The position numbers and the translations under genes are program-made. From a virus: 64,000 nt of DNA. How positions within the stretch are numbered: position 1 is the first letter of the stretch; each line of letters starts with the position of its first letter. This document shows, piece by piece, positions 19,701 through 28,402 of the stretch. The stretch is taken from the IMG/VR virus record IMGVR_UViG_3300048861_000143, positions 25,078 to 89,077 of that record. One strand, given 5' to 3'. The notes beneath the pieces were generated by a model. That model saw nothing but the letters and a program-made list of their open reading frames with translations, was not told where the DNA came from and searched no databases.

Positions 19701-19776
19701 CGGCCTGCGACACAGCCACAGCTGCGGTGACAGCAGCCGACGCGCTCTCGATGGACAGGCCATAGGCATAGATCAT
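16735..19776 (-). CDS. 1013-aa Ala/Ser/Gln repeat fibre/scaffold with PFxxDYSTDFGP motifs and C-terminal adaptor domain
   Basis: Dozens of ~15-aa xTQxGQTLxAxA repeats; three PFxxDYSTDFGP copies; ends in an adaptor-like domain and DFSQALNSGYIALV. Confidence 0.75.
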   Translation of the reverse strand: MIYAYGLSIESASAAVTAAVAVSQAGQTLTASASSSVRGSVATNQAGQTVAAAAVSRISGSVTATQPGQTVAAAAGPVSRAGLAATQPGQTLAAAAGPAVRGGIAAAQEGQTLTASATSSVRGSVTTNQAGQTVAAAAVTLARGVLAATQPGQTVAAAAGPVARGVLAATQAGQTLAAAASSTVSGPLTAAQQGQTLSSAAGSVVRGSVAVAQAGQTISATGGSGLAVGTVTASQASQTLAAAARSTVSGHVTAAQADQALTAAGISSTGVHVTAAQANQTLTATATLSIEGRVTASPFSSDYSTDFGPSASALSQSDQVLSAAAVASWNATLASLQPDNSVSASAVAGWAASAVIVQFDQVLSAAGGVTSVGHLAALQSDNAASTAVSVRVRGAVSVSQAPNTAATSSAVGLRGSAAIVQDAQTVNATGGVVLGGALAAGQASQLAAHATVLVASGTPFSPDYSTDFGPSGFIQVDQALSASAISRWQAPLAATQGPQVLAGTGSVVASGGLSATQDDQRNALGVSIVAGARLIQSQADHTFAGSGVLGVRGSLATQQEPQQVAASAGPIMALSLATTQGPNTLSAAGSAPISVALAASQASQGVQGSAGGLVSGSGALAQPQQSLSASGQPIVAGNGAAQQAGQTLSASAASAIEGRVTARPFAADYSTDFGPLAISQDAQALSAAGGPISEARLTAVQQDNASSATAEVLIGGHISVSQDGNAPSVLGKVFSGLALSVRQSNQGVAAAGKVVIGAGLSVQQPSNAIAAEASLGQFGATATQQVLVAPLLREVQVGHLRRTALSVPLARLVQVQPLSRTAMTVPPARFVVVGLPAQRSTRSLAHDLSCLPPDGSDLALTMSRLITVPAQASPLAATVAWWPKKRPTEVLDYELEISAPLIDAGDDISNLSISIAPSGSGELQPVSVALNGTRVVAWLSGGVPGRSYTVKLDASTTGGRTFEWLVGIEVSSATGQTAAASPSTDYGPSLFWPPGADFSQALNSGYIALVSGF
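19364..19701. repeat. Near-identical ~85-bp duplication, 252 bp apart, inside the repeat protein
   Basis: 19364-19449 vs 19616-19701 (GCAGCGGCCGCTACGGTTTGGCCGGCTTGATTGGTGG...) differ at about 2 positions. Confidence 0.85.
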
Positions 19777-19792
19777 GGCCTACTCCAGGCGG

Positions 19793-20122
19793 CTACATCC
19801 GCAGCAGTTTCCAATCGAAGCTTCTGGCGACACCGGAAATCTGCTTGAGCGTCACCCTGATGCTCTGATCGCTCGGCTGCGGGGGCGATGCGATCACGAG
19901 CGTCGGTGGCAGCGCGGGGCCGACCGAGGTCTTCCAGGTCACCTCAAGCGTGCCGGCGGCGAGCGTCATCGTGTAGATCCGCAGCTCGAGCACATCGCCT
20001 AGGGCGAGGTTGTTGCAGCGGACTTGGAAATAGTAGGTCGCGTTGGTGGTGTCGGTGGCGAGGGTGAACTCAGTCCCGATCGTCGCGGTCTGGCTGCCTG
20101 ATGCGCTAACGGACCATGTCAC
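19793..20122 (-). CDS. Hypothetical structural protein
   Basis: 109 aa, beta-rich, coupled to its neighbours. Confidence 0.6.
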   Translation of the reverse strand: MTWSVSASGSQTATIGTEFTLATDTTNATYYFQVRCNNLALGDVLELRIYTMTLAAGTLEVTWKTSVGPALPPTLVIASPPQPSDQSIRVTLKQISGVARSFDWKLLRM

Positions 20123-20970
20123 ATTCTGACTCCGTAAAACGTAGCGCCGAGGATGCGATCGGGCGAGGTATTGGTCGCGGACTGAGCGCGTACCGCAATG
20201 CGGGTCCCAGCCCTGATCGGCATCGGGATGTAGGGCGTGATCATCGGCAGGGTTTGAACGGTGCCGCCGTAGAAGTCGCCCTGCGTGTAGAAATTGGGCA
20301 GGACCACCTTCTCGGATCCGCCCGCGCCCGCGCCTATGTCGACGAGGAAGTCGATGGCGCCAGTCGTGCCGTCCGTGCGATTTTGGCAGTCGAAGGCCAC
20401 GAAGAACCCGGCGATATCAGCCGTGAGCGAGGCCGCTAGTTGCGTCCACGCGCCCTTGGTGTTCGCCGTTGCGCCCGGATCAAACGCCGTTCCGACGTTC
20501 GTCGCGGAGATGAACCCGTAGGTGTCCACCATAGACGGTGCACCAGCCATGCCCCCGCGATCGTCGAAGATCGTGACCCTGCACCTATCGCCCCACCACG
20601 CCATATCAGACGATTGCCTGACAGACACGCGCGACCCAGCCCTGATGGCTAGGGGGATCATCAGCGACACGCCGTATCCGTTGCTGCCGTGGATCAGAAG
20701 GTTCTGCACCACGGCAACCTCGCTTCCGCTAGGTCCGACGCCGATGTCGAAGGCATAGGACATGCCACCGCTGCTGCTCCCGCCCCCCTTCCGCAAATCG
20801 ACCATGACCCAGGAAGAGTCGCAGCCAGTCGCAGACACCACCTCCGTCCACGGGCCCTTGGTAAAGGCCGTATCTGAGGGTGCGATCCCGACAGTGCCGG
20901 ATGAGGCGAGGAGTGAACCAAGGTCTTGCGACTGGCCAATCTGCGGTCCGAAATTCCAGCCGCCGGCCAT
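20119..20970 (-). CDS. Hypothetical protein of two tandem homologous domains
   Basis: TKGPWTEVV/TKGAWTQLA; FDIGVGPSGSE/VDIGAGAGGSE; IPLAIRAGSRVSVR/IPMPIRAGTRIAVR. Confidence 0.7.
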   Translation of the reverse strand: MAGGWNFGPQIGQSQDLGSLLASSGTVGIAPSDTAFTKGPWTEVVSATGCDSSWVMVDLRKGGGSSSGGMSYAFDIGVGPSGSEVAVVQNLLIHGSNGYGVSLMIPLAIRAGSRVSVRQSSDMAWWGDRCRVTIFDDRGGMAGAPSMVDTYGFISATNVGTAFDPGATANTKGAWTQLAASLTADIAGFFVAFDCQNRTDGTTGAIDFLVDIGAGAGGSEKVVLPNFYTQGDFYGGTVQTLPMITPYIPMPIRAGTRIAVRAQSATNTSPDRILGATFYGVRM

Positions 20971-20971
20971 G

Positions 20972-21373
20972 TCAGGATGCTCCGATGATTGCCGCCCGGT
21001 CCGAGGTCACGAGGTTGAGGGACACCAAATAGGCGATGCCCTGCTGCACGATCGGCTCGGAGAGGTTGACCGTGGCTGCGGTCATGATCGTCGTGAGATA
21101 CTGGCGCACAACAGGGTCGGCACTGGCCTCGATCCCAGCATATTCCGTCGGCGTGAACCGTTGGATGAACTGCCACGTGTTGATGATCGCGGGCTTTGCA
21201 GGAGGGGCGACAAAGGCCCTGCTCGCCACATCCCAGACCTGACCAGCCGGATTGCCAGTGAGCGTCTGAGCCGTGTATCCAGCGGCGGCCAGCGCCTCAG
21301 CATCGGCGATGACGGTTCCGGTCGATACCAGTGCACCAGCCGCATCCACGATGGCGTACCAGGTATCGGTCAT
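20972..21373 (-). CDS. Fibre assembly chaperone-like protein
   Basis: 133 aa; QFIQRFTPTEYAGI...VTSDRAAII C-terminus resembles tail-fibre assembly proteins. Confidence 0.5.
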   Translation of the reverse strand: MTDTWYAIVDAAGALVSTGTVIADAEALAAAGYTAQTLTGNPAGQVWDVASRAFVAPPAKPAIINTWQFIQRFTPTEYAGIEASADPVVRQYLTTIMTAATVNLSEPIVQQGIAYLVSLNLVTSDRAAIIGAS

Positions 21374-21756
21374 CAGGCATTCCCGGCTGTGACCGCGAAG
21401 CTCGTCACCTGAACGGTCTGACCCGAAGCGATGTTGGTGTTATTCAGCACCAAATCGGTCGTGCAGTTTCCTTGGATGTGACAGACGGCGCTACCGTCGT
21501 AAATCCGGAAGGAAGCCGCGATGCCAGCCGCCGCGGCATTCGCCTGCCACGTGCCGCTCAGGGCTGTTGCGCCTCCTGAGCTCGTCAGGAATGTCGATGG
21601 AAGGGGGATCGTGCAAAGGAGCCCGGTCGGGTCCGCCGAGGCGCAGTTTGCGGGCTCTGCGCCCGAGAAGATCTTGAGGACGCCGGACGTGCCGACAGTC
21701 GCCTGCAGCTGCGCGACCTGGTTGGTGCGCAGGGTCGTGCCATACTGAAAAGCCAT
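21373..21756 (-). CDS. Conserved phage structural protein
   Basis: 127 aa; LKIFSGAEPANC...LVLNNTNIASGQTVQVTSFAVTAGNA pattern familiar from phage virion proteins. Confidence 0.6.
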   Translation of the reverse strand: MAFQYGTTLRTNQVAQLQATVGTSGVLKIFSGAEPANCASADPTGLLCTIPLPSTFLTSSGGATALSGTWQANAAAAGIAASFRIYDGSAVCHIQGNCTTDLVLNNTNIASGQTVQVTSFAVTAGNA

Positions 21757-21805
21757 GAGTTTCTCGCTGTAGGAAGCCGCCTGAGCGGAGTGTTGGGAAG
21801 GCGGA

Positions 21806-22444
21806 TCAGGCGCCGGTGTAAGCCGCGGTCAGGCGCCATCCGAGGTCGGTTCGCTCTGGCCCGGAGATCGTCCAGCAGCGGTTCATGTCGTCGTAGACGC
21901 GGTCAAAGGGGCGGAGGACCACGCCGGGCACCGCCGGGACGAGGATGGCCACCCATGGCGCTCGAGAGTCGCCCGGAAGATCCGCCGCGGTGCGCTCGCC
22001 CTTCGTCCCCTGCAAGATGCTGCAGGGCCAGCCCGACATGAGGACTTCTTCGTCCGTTCGGTTGTCCCCGCCGTAGTAGCTCGGGCCCGCGGCAGCCGCA
22101 GACGGTCGCCGGAACTCGGCAACCTGATTGCAGGAGACGCACAGCGGGGGCTTGTTCGGCTCCATGCCGGCGACGAACCATGTGCCCTGATCGGCAATCA
22201 GGTAGTCGCCACGCATGACGTCGGTTGCGTCGAAGAGCCCGTAGTAGGCCGGGTTCGCGTATTTGCCGGGGGCCTTGTAGGAGAAGGTCGGATCGACGTC
22301 GAAGTCGGCCTGAAGGGTGCCGATCCGGTTCGAGAGCGCGTTCAGCGGGTCGGTCGGGCGATAATGTGCGAAGGGAGCCCCCAGGAACCGGGCGGCGATG
22401 CCGTAGCCCCGATTGACCTTGGATTGAATCCCCTGCCTGTTCAC
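21806..22444 (-). CDS. Head closure / head-tail joining protein
   Basis: 212 aa; MNRQGIQSKVNRGYGIAARFLG, LMSGWPCSIL; family recognised loosely, supported by synteny. Confidence 0.6.
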   Translation of the reverse strand: MNRQGIQSKVNRGYGIAARFLGAPFAHYRPTDPLNALSNRIGTLQADFDVDPTFSYKAPGKYANPAYYGLFDATDVMRGDYLIADQGTWFVAGMEPNKPPLCVSCNQVAEFRRPSAAAAGPSYYGGDNRTDEEVLMSGWPCSILQGTKGERTAADLPGDSRAPWVAILVPAVPGVVLRPFDRVYDDMNRCWTISGPERTDLGWRLTAAYTGA

Positions 22445-22447
22445 GTG

Positions 22448-22588
22448 TCAGTCCTCTAGGTCGAAATCCGACAACGGCGGCAGGTTGAGGAAGGGGTATG
22501 CGGCCCGCATGAGCTCGTATCCGATGCCCGCGAGCGCGCCGCAAAGCTCACCAACGCGTTCGCTCTCCTGGTCGGAGAGCCACCACAT
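22448..22588 (-). CDS. Small hypothetical protein (46 aa)
   Basis: MWWLSDQESERVGELCGALAGIGYELMRAAYPFLNLPPLSDFDLED; TGATG coupling. Confidence 0.45.
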   Translation of the reverse strand: MWWLSDQESERVGELCGALAGIGYELMRAAYPFLNLPPLSDFDLED

Positions 22589-22977
22589 CAGGCCCATACG
22601 CCGAGCACCGCGGCACTCTCGTCTGGATCGCTCGGGACGAGGCCGTATGTCGTCGGATCGAAGGTGAGATCCGAGGGGGACACCGTCGCGCGAATGTGGA
22701 TGTACCAGCTGTCGGGATCGCCGCAGGCTGGCACAGTCACGGACTGCTGGGTCATGTCGTCGGTGTAGGTGAACGCTGCCCTGCCCTTTCGTCCGGCAAA
22801 AGCGGCTTCTGGGTCGCCGCGGTCCACGACATTGCCTGTCGCGTCCCGCGCATCGCCCAGCATGTTCTCCGGCAGCCCAGTCGCGCTCAGGATACCGACC
22901 GTGCGCAGCTCCTGCATCGCGCCAAGCGCTTTGGTCAAGTCGGTGAACTTGAAACGGTAGTCGAAGTAATCGCTCAT
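22588..22977 (-). CDS. Hypothetical protein, possible fibre chaperone
   Basis: 129 aa; ATGA-coupled to the end of the head fibre gene. Confidence 0.55.
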   Translation of the reverse strand: MSDYFDYRFKFTDLTKALGAMQELRTVGILSATGLPENMLGDARDATGNVVDRGDPEAAFAGRKGRAAFTYTDDMTQQSVTVPACGDPDSWYIHIRATVSPSDLTFDPTTYGLVPSDPDESAAVLGVWA

Positions 22978-25900
22978 GTCGTTACCTGCTGAAGTTCGGT
23001 ATTGGAGAGAGCACGAGGCCAGTAGCGCAGGCGGCTCAGATAGCCGTTTTCAAGGCTGGTGTTGACCGAGTTCTGTCCGAGACGAAGCGTAGTCAATGAA
23101 GTGGGAAGCGTGCCGCTGATCGCGCCGACCGCGCCACCATTGAACGCGGCAGAAATTGCACTAGCGGCCGCGACCATGCCAGCCTTGAAGGGCACTCCTG
23201 GTGTGAAATTACCGGCAGGTGCCGAAGAGGTAGGCGTGCCTGCGGCGGATGCGGCGGCATTCAATACAGTCGTGCCTTGGTTCCGCAAGATGATGCGGTT
23301 CGCAGTAGTTCCGTCATCCAAAAGCGCAAGACCCCCGAGAAGTGCGCCGGGAAGTGATTGCGGGATCATCGCTGAAACAACAACACTACTGGCGCTCTGG
23401 TTGAACCATGAGCCGAGCGGCATCGCGGCTAGTTCCCCGCTCCGAGTCGCTACGCCGGGCGATCCGGCGGGCGGAAGAATAACAGAAGTTGCAAACGCAC
23501 CTTGTTCAAGCTGCGGAGCACCGATGCGCAGTGTGATATCGACCGGAACGCCCGAGGTCACACCATAGGACATCCATGGCATGACGAAGGCTACATTGGC
23601 TGCGGCAGATGCCAGGGACACGGTATAGCGCTGTGTGGCCAATGGAGCATTGGTCGGCGTTAGCGCCACGCTCACGTCACCGCCGATGGCGACCAGCCCC
23701 GAGTCATACTGACGGATGCGCGAAATGACGTTGTTAAAGCCGGCCAGTGATCCGGCCATAAGGCGGAGATATACAGAATGCGTCCACGCCTGTGATGCTG
23801 CTGATGCGATCGCTCCCGCCTGCTCGAACAGATACACGGCAAAGCCAGTGTTCGTGATGGTCGGAGTTCCCCATATTCGCACGTCGATGTAGGGGATTCC
23901 GGACTCACTACCCGTTCCCAAAATCGAGGCAGACAGTCCGCTCGATACGACGTTCGTCCCGCCCCAATTCGTCGGAGCCGTTCCGGGCGTCCCCGCGACC
24001 GCGCCTTCGCCCCTGGGATTTCGGATCGAGTTTGTTCTCTGCTCTTCGACTAGGAGACCCCGCGCAGCGAGGGTCGCCGGATCGTAGTCGAAGCGCGGCT
24101 GGTTCGCGACAGCTGATTGCAGCGTGCCTGTTCTGTCGAAGTAACTCGCGCCGGACGCCCGTGTGAACGCGATGCGGGGATCGAGCGGCGAGGAGGTCAG
24201 ATCTAGGTCGAGGGTCGTGTCCTGGGCATTGAGGCTCGTCACGATCGGAAGCTCGGTCGCGGAGAGCGCGCGCGGCCAGCAGCGCACGCGGCGCATGTGG
24301 CCGCCGATCTCGGCCCCGGTTCCCCAAGGCGCGCCGCCGATCGACAGCCGCGAAATCCACGGATAGGGGCCGTCGTTCATCGACGCCGAGGTAGCTGCGG
24401 AGCCGTTGCCGGAAGCCCGCATGGTCCCGGAGCCATAGGAAGCCGCCTGCCTATTCAGCACGTCCCCGAGGACGACCGCCCCTGTGTTCACCCCAGCGCT
24501 GGCGTTCTCGCCGATGGCAGCCAAGCCATTACCGACAAAATACAGCGAGTTTCCGAATGTGCCATCCGACATCCCAATTGGAACGGAGCTGCTGGGGGTC
24601 CGGGTGGTGCCGAAATCCGCGCAGAACGCGCCCTCCGCCGGGTTGAACCAGGAGCCCGCAGAGGTCGGGACGTAAGCTTGATCCGCGGCCCGGGTGGCGA
24701 CGGCCGGCGTGCCGGCAGCCGGAAGGATGAGCGAGGTCGGGAATGCGCCGAGTTCAAGCTGGGGACCGCCGACCCGGATTGTGAAATCGGCTGCGGCCGA
24801 CGTATTGAACCGAAGCCCCAAAGCAACAAACGCCGTGCTCGCCGGCGCAGTGGCAGTAATCGCTACGCGCGCCAGCGTGCTTGATGGCGTGAATATCGTC
24901 CACGTCTGCGCCAGGAATGTCTGGGACGCATCATAGAACCGGAGGGTGAGTTCGATATCGGTGAGGTTGGCGATCGAGCCGGCGGCCAGCTTTGCGTAAA
25001 TCGAACCGCTCCAGACCTGCGTAGCCGAGGCTGCGACCGCATTAACGGCCTCGAAAAGAAAAGTTGCCGCAGACATAACGGAGGCAGACGCGAACCGCAC
25101 GTCGGCGCATGTCATGCCCTGCTCAGTAGCGGTCGCAATACTAGTTTGAGCGGTGCCTTGCCCCCAGTTCGTCGGGGACGTCCCGGGCGAACCGGCAACC
25201 GCGCCTTCCGCTCGCGGATTGCGGATGGCATTGGTCCGCTGTTCCTCGATCAGGAGTCCGAGCGCGGTCGCGCCGAGTGTGACGACCGATCCAGAGGTCG
25301 GGATAAAGGGCGTTGCTTCAAAGCCTCGCTCTAGCTGCGGGGAACCGACGCGGAAAGTTGCGTTGATGACAGCACCGGACGTTACTCCGAACCTGTAACC
25401 AACGCTCACCGTAGTCGCCCCGGCATTGGGCGTGTAGGTCATCGAGAAGCGCTGCGTATCAAGGGCGGCGGTTGTCGGGGCTAGGGCGCTTCCATTGGCC
25501 GCGCCTGCGGCATTGTCATCAAAGCGAAGAGACGGGGTAACATTGAGCGTGCCCGAGATCAAACGCGCATAGGAGGAAAGGGTCAAAACCGAGTTGCCGG
25601 CATAGGGCGCTACCGTATCGAACCTCACATAAAGGCCGAAGGTGTTAGTCGCTGTTCCGGCGATGTTGACCTCAATATAAGGGATACCATTCTCAATGCC
25701 AAAGCCCGTCTGAGTCATGGTGACACCGAAGCCGGCAGTCCCCATTGCAGGGCTGGCCGCCCAGTTCGTGGGCAGTGTTCCGGCGCCGACGCCCTGCAAT
25801 GTCGAGTTACGTATCCAGTTCGTCCGCCCAGCCGGCGTCGGCCCGTAGTCGATCCGCGGCGCGTTGTTCGCTGCGGTCTTGAGGGTGCCCGTCGCGTCGA

Positions 25901-27860
25901 AGTATGTCCCGCCGCTCGCCCTCGAGAAAGTGATGCTCGGATCGAGAGCGGGTTGCGTCAGGTCGAAGTCTAGCGCAACGTCCGACACGTTCGGGTTGGT
26001 GACGAGCGAAAGCTCGGTAGCGGATAGAGCTCGGGGCCAGTAGCGGATGCGGCGGACGTAGCCATTCATAGGCGACCCTGTGTTGTTGCCAACACGCAGG
26101 GTCGTTACACCCGCAAGCAGCCCTTGAGAGTTGGCGCCCGAGACTACCGCGCCGCCATTTAGGCACACGGCAACAGTCGCAGCCTGGAACACCGCTCCCA
26201 TCTTGATCGTGGAGTTTACGGTTGCGGCGCCTGTGGTAGCAGATCCGCCAACAGTGCCGTTTACCTGCGGGAATGCCGCAACCGTGCCAACTGCTTGGTT
26301 GATGTATTGGACGTAACGGCTCGAGGCGACCCCATTGTCAACCTGATACGCCACCTGATTTGCGCCCGGCAGGATGCCCTCGAAGGAACCTTCCCAGGTA
26401 AACGAAGCGGGCACCCCCTGGATGAACCACGGCGTCGCCGCAGTGCTCGCCATCTCCGCCGCCCGCGTGCTGGCCGCCGGAGCGCCGGCCGTTGGCAGGA
26501 TCAGCGAGGTTGCGAACGCGCCAAGCTCGAGCTGCGGGGCGCCGATACGGAGGGTGAAATCGACCGTAACGCCCGACGCATAGCTGAAATAGATGTAGCT
26601 GAAGGCATAGGCGGTTGCTGCATTGTTGAATGTGCGCGTCGCCACAACACGCTGCGTCGCCAGGGGCGCTGCGGTTGGAACGAACGGAACATCAGTGGCT
26701 ATAAGCCCATTGCCGGAAACGTCCCGCTCGAATATCCGGAGCAGCGGATTGATGTTGGCGGCGCTGCCTCCGACCACCCTCACATATGCCGATCCGGTCC
26801 ATATCTGGCCGGAGACAGCCGGCACCTGGGTATTCCCCTCAAAGGTGCATATCGTAATGCCGAGCGTGCCCGTCGTGGTGCCGCTATAGCGGAAGTCCAC
26901 ATAAGGCACGCCGCTCTCGGTTCCGGTCCCGACAATCTGGCGAGACAGTCCATCGCCGTTCGAGTTGCCGGTGTAAAAGGTCGGCAGGGTTCCCGGCGAT
27001 CCGGCTACCGCGCCCTCCATGCGGGGATTGCGGATCTGGTTCGTCCGCTGCTCCTCGATCAGGAGCCCGAGCGGACTCGCTGCAACCGTGGCGATGGAGC
27101 CGGAGGTTGGGATAAAGGCCGTTGCCTGATAGCCGCGCTCAAGCTGAGGCTGCGAGATCCGAAGGGTGAAATCAACGACGGCCCCGGAAGCGCAGCCCCA
27201 GCGGAATATCGGCTGAACGTATGCGGCGCTCGCGGCGGTTGTCGTCGCGGTCGTCACGAACTGAGTATCCACGCCGGTTGGCGAGATCACCACGGAATGG
27301 CTTGCAACCAGCGCGACGGAGGCCGAGCGCTCGGCTATATCCTGGGATAGCGTCCCGGACAGGACGCCCGCAACTACCTGGACATTGACGCCAAGTGTCC
27401 AGGCTTGGCCCTGCGCGCCCGGGATGACATTGCCCTGCTCCGGCGAGAGGAAGGCTGTGGAGTTCCCAATAGTGGCGCTGGCCGTCCCGCTGAGGCGTAT
27501 GTCGAAATACGATCGCCCCTGCGCCGTGGTGCCGGTGCCGACGACGGTATAGCCGATGCCAGATCCCGGGGAGAATGCGGCCCAATTGGTCGGGACAACG
27601 CCGGCCCCGCCGCCCTGCATCGTCGAGTTCCGGACCCAGTTCGTCCGGTTGCTCGGCGCCGGACCGTAGTCGATCCGCGGCACGTTGTTCGCTGCGATCT
27701 GCAGGGTGCCGGTCGCATCGAAATAGCTCGCGCCGCTTGCGCGGGTGAACGCGATGCGCGGATCCACCGTCCCGCTGAGGAAGTCCAGCGTCAGAGACTG
27801 ACGCGACTGCCACGAGGTTAGTATGCCTGCGGACCTATGCGCCGCCAGCGAAGGCATCAT
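22974..27860 (-). CDS. Head spike fibre-type protein, three repeated modules (~1628 aa)
   Basis: 3x LD..DPRI.F.RASG.SYFD.TGTL..A.N.PR.DY, 5x RTN.IRN domains, 3x R.RYWPRALS.TEL (LamG-like); start moved to MMPSL. Confidence 0.8.
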   Translation of the reverse strand: MMPSLAAHRSAGILTSWQSRQSLTLDFLSGTVDPRIAFTRASGASYFDATGTLQIAANNVPRIDYGPAPSNRTNWVRNSTMQGGGAGVVPTNWAAFSPGSGIGYTVVGTGTTAQGRSYFDIRLSGTASATIGNSTAFLSPEQGNVIPGAQGQAWTLGVNVQVVAGVLSGTLSQDIAERSASVALVASHSVVISPTGVDTQFVTTATTTAASAAYVQPIFRWGCASGAVVDFTLRISQPQLERGYQATAFIPTSGSIATVAASPLGLLIEEQRTNQIRNPRMEGAVAGSPGTLPTFYTGNSNGDGLSRQIVGTGTESGVPYVDFRYSGTTTGTLGITICTFEGNTQVPAVSGQIWTGSAYVRVVGGSAANINPLLRIFERDVSGNGLIATDVPFVPTAAPLATQRVVATRTFNNAATAYAFSYIYFSYASGVTVDFTLRIGAPQLELGAFATSLILPTAGAPAASTRAAEMASTAATPWFIQGVPASFTWEGSFEGILPGANQVAYQVDNGVASSRYVQYINQAVGTVAAFPQVNGTVGGSATTGAATVNSTIKMGAVFQAATVAVCLNGGAVVSGANSQGLLAGVTTLRVGNNTGSPMNGYVRRIRYWPRALSATELSLVTNPNVSDVALDFDLTQPALDPSITFSRASGGTYFDATGTLKTAANNAPRIDYGPTPAGRTNWIRNSTLQGVGAGTLPTNWAASPAMGTAGFGVTMTQTGFGIENGIPYIEVNIAGTATNTFGLYVRFDTVAPYAGNSVLTLSSYARLISGTLNVTPSLRFDDNAAGAANGSALAPTTAALDTQRFSMTYTPNAGATTVSVGYRFGVTSGAVINATFRVGSPQLERGFEATPFIPTSGSVVTLGATALGLLIEEQRTNAIRNPRAEGAVAGSPGTSPTNWGQGTAQTSIATATEQGMTCADVRFASASVMSAATFLFEAVNAVAASATQVWSGSIYAKLAAGSIANLTDIELTLRFYDASQTFLAQTWTIFTPSSTLARVAITATAPASTAFVALGLRFNTSAAADFTIRVGGPQLELGAFPTSLILPAAGTPAVATRAADQAYVPTSAGSWFNPAEGAFCADFGTTRTPSSSVPIGMSDGTFGNSLYFVGNGLAAIGENASAGVNTGAVVLGDVLNRQAASYGSGTMRASGNGSAATSASMNDGPYPWISRLSIGGAPWGTGAEIGGHMRRVRCWPRALSATELPIVTSLNAQDTTLDLDLTSSPLDPRIAFTRASGASYFDRTGTLQSAVANQPRFDYDPATLAARGLLVEEQRTNSIRNPRGEGAVAGTPGTAPTNWGGTNVVSSGLSASILGTGSESGIPYIDVRIWGTPTITNTGFAVYLFEQAGAIASAASQAWTHSVYLRLMAGSLAGFNNVISRIRQYDSGLVAIGGDVSVALTPTNAPLATQRYTVSLASAAANVAFVMPWMSYGVTSGVPVDITLRIGAPQLEQGAFATSVILPPAGSPGVATRSGELAAMPLGSWFNQSASSVVVSAMIPQSLPGALLGGLALLDDGTTANRIILRNQGTTVLNAAASAAGTPTSSAPAGNFTPGVPFKAGMVAAASAISAAFNGGAVGAISGTLPTSLTTLRLGQNSVNTSLENGYLSRLRYWPRALSNTELQQVTT

Positions 27861-28273
27861 GTCAGGTCGCCCGATACAATCCACTCATCGACGGCGCGCT
27901 GCCTCAGCGACACCGACGAATATTGAGCGCGGGTCGTCAGAGTGGCCGACGGAGTCCGAAGCGTAACGCCCGCTGCGGGTACGATCGTCACTTGGCCTGC
28001 ACCGTATTGGCAGACCTCAAGCACAGTCCCCACATCGAACGGGACGCTGGAGTTCTGTGGAACTGTGACCGTGACAGCGGTCGCCGAGTTCATGTCGACC
28101 GCGCACACCCGATCTGTCAGGCCCAGCGTGTAATTTGCGGTCTGGGTGTTGATCTGAAGAAGCGCCGTGCTCAGAACCAGGTTCCGCATAGTCTGCGGAG
28201 TGATCGAACCAGCAGGCTGGCCATCAGCGAAAGAGGCCAACAGCGCCGCGATCGGCTTTGCCGAGTCTGCCAT
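27857..28273 (-). CDS. Short fibre-tip domain protein
   Basis: 138 aa; TANYTLGLTD...VPFDVGTVLEVCQYGAGQVTI...RAQYSSVSL...WIVSGDL, a domain usually found at fibre C-termini. Confidence 0.65.
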   Translation of the reverse strand: MADSAKPIAALLASFADGQPAGSITPQTMRNLVLSTALLQINTQTANYTLGLTDRVCAVDMNSATAVTVTVPQNSSVPFDVGTVLEVCQYGAGQVTIVPAAGVTLRTPSATLTTRAQYSSVSLRQRAVDEWIVSGDLT

Positions 28274-28303
28274 GTGAAATGTCCGGTCTTGGGCTGGAGT
28301 GAG

Positions 28304-28393
28304 TTAGGGCCCGAAGTCAGGGCTATAATCAGCAGTGAATGGGTTCGGTCTGGCGGTGATGAACCGCCAGATGACAAGGCCTAGGCTTATCAT
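28304..28393 (-). CDS. 29-aa micro-ORF MISLGLVIWRFITARPNPFTADYSPDFGP
   Basis: ATG 9 nt after the spike-base stop; ends in the same motif repeated in the 1013-aa protein. Below the ORF-track cutoff. Confidence 0.7.
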   Translation of the reverse strand: MISLGLVIWRFITARPNPFTADYSPDFGP

Positions 28394-28402
28394 CGCGGCC
28401 GC

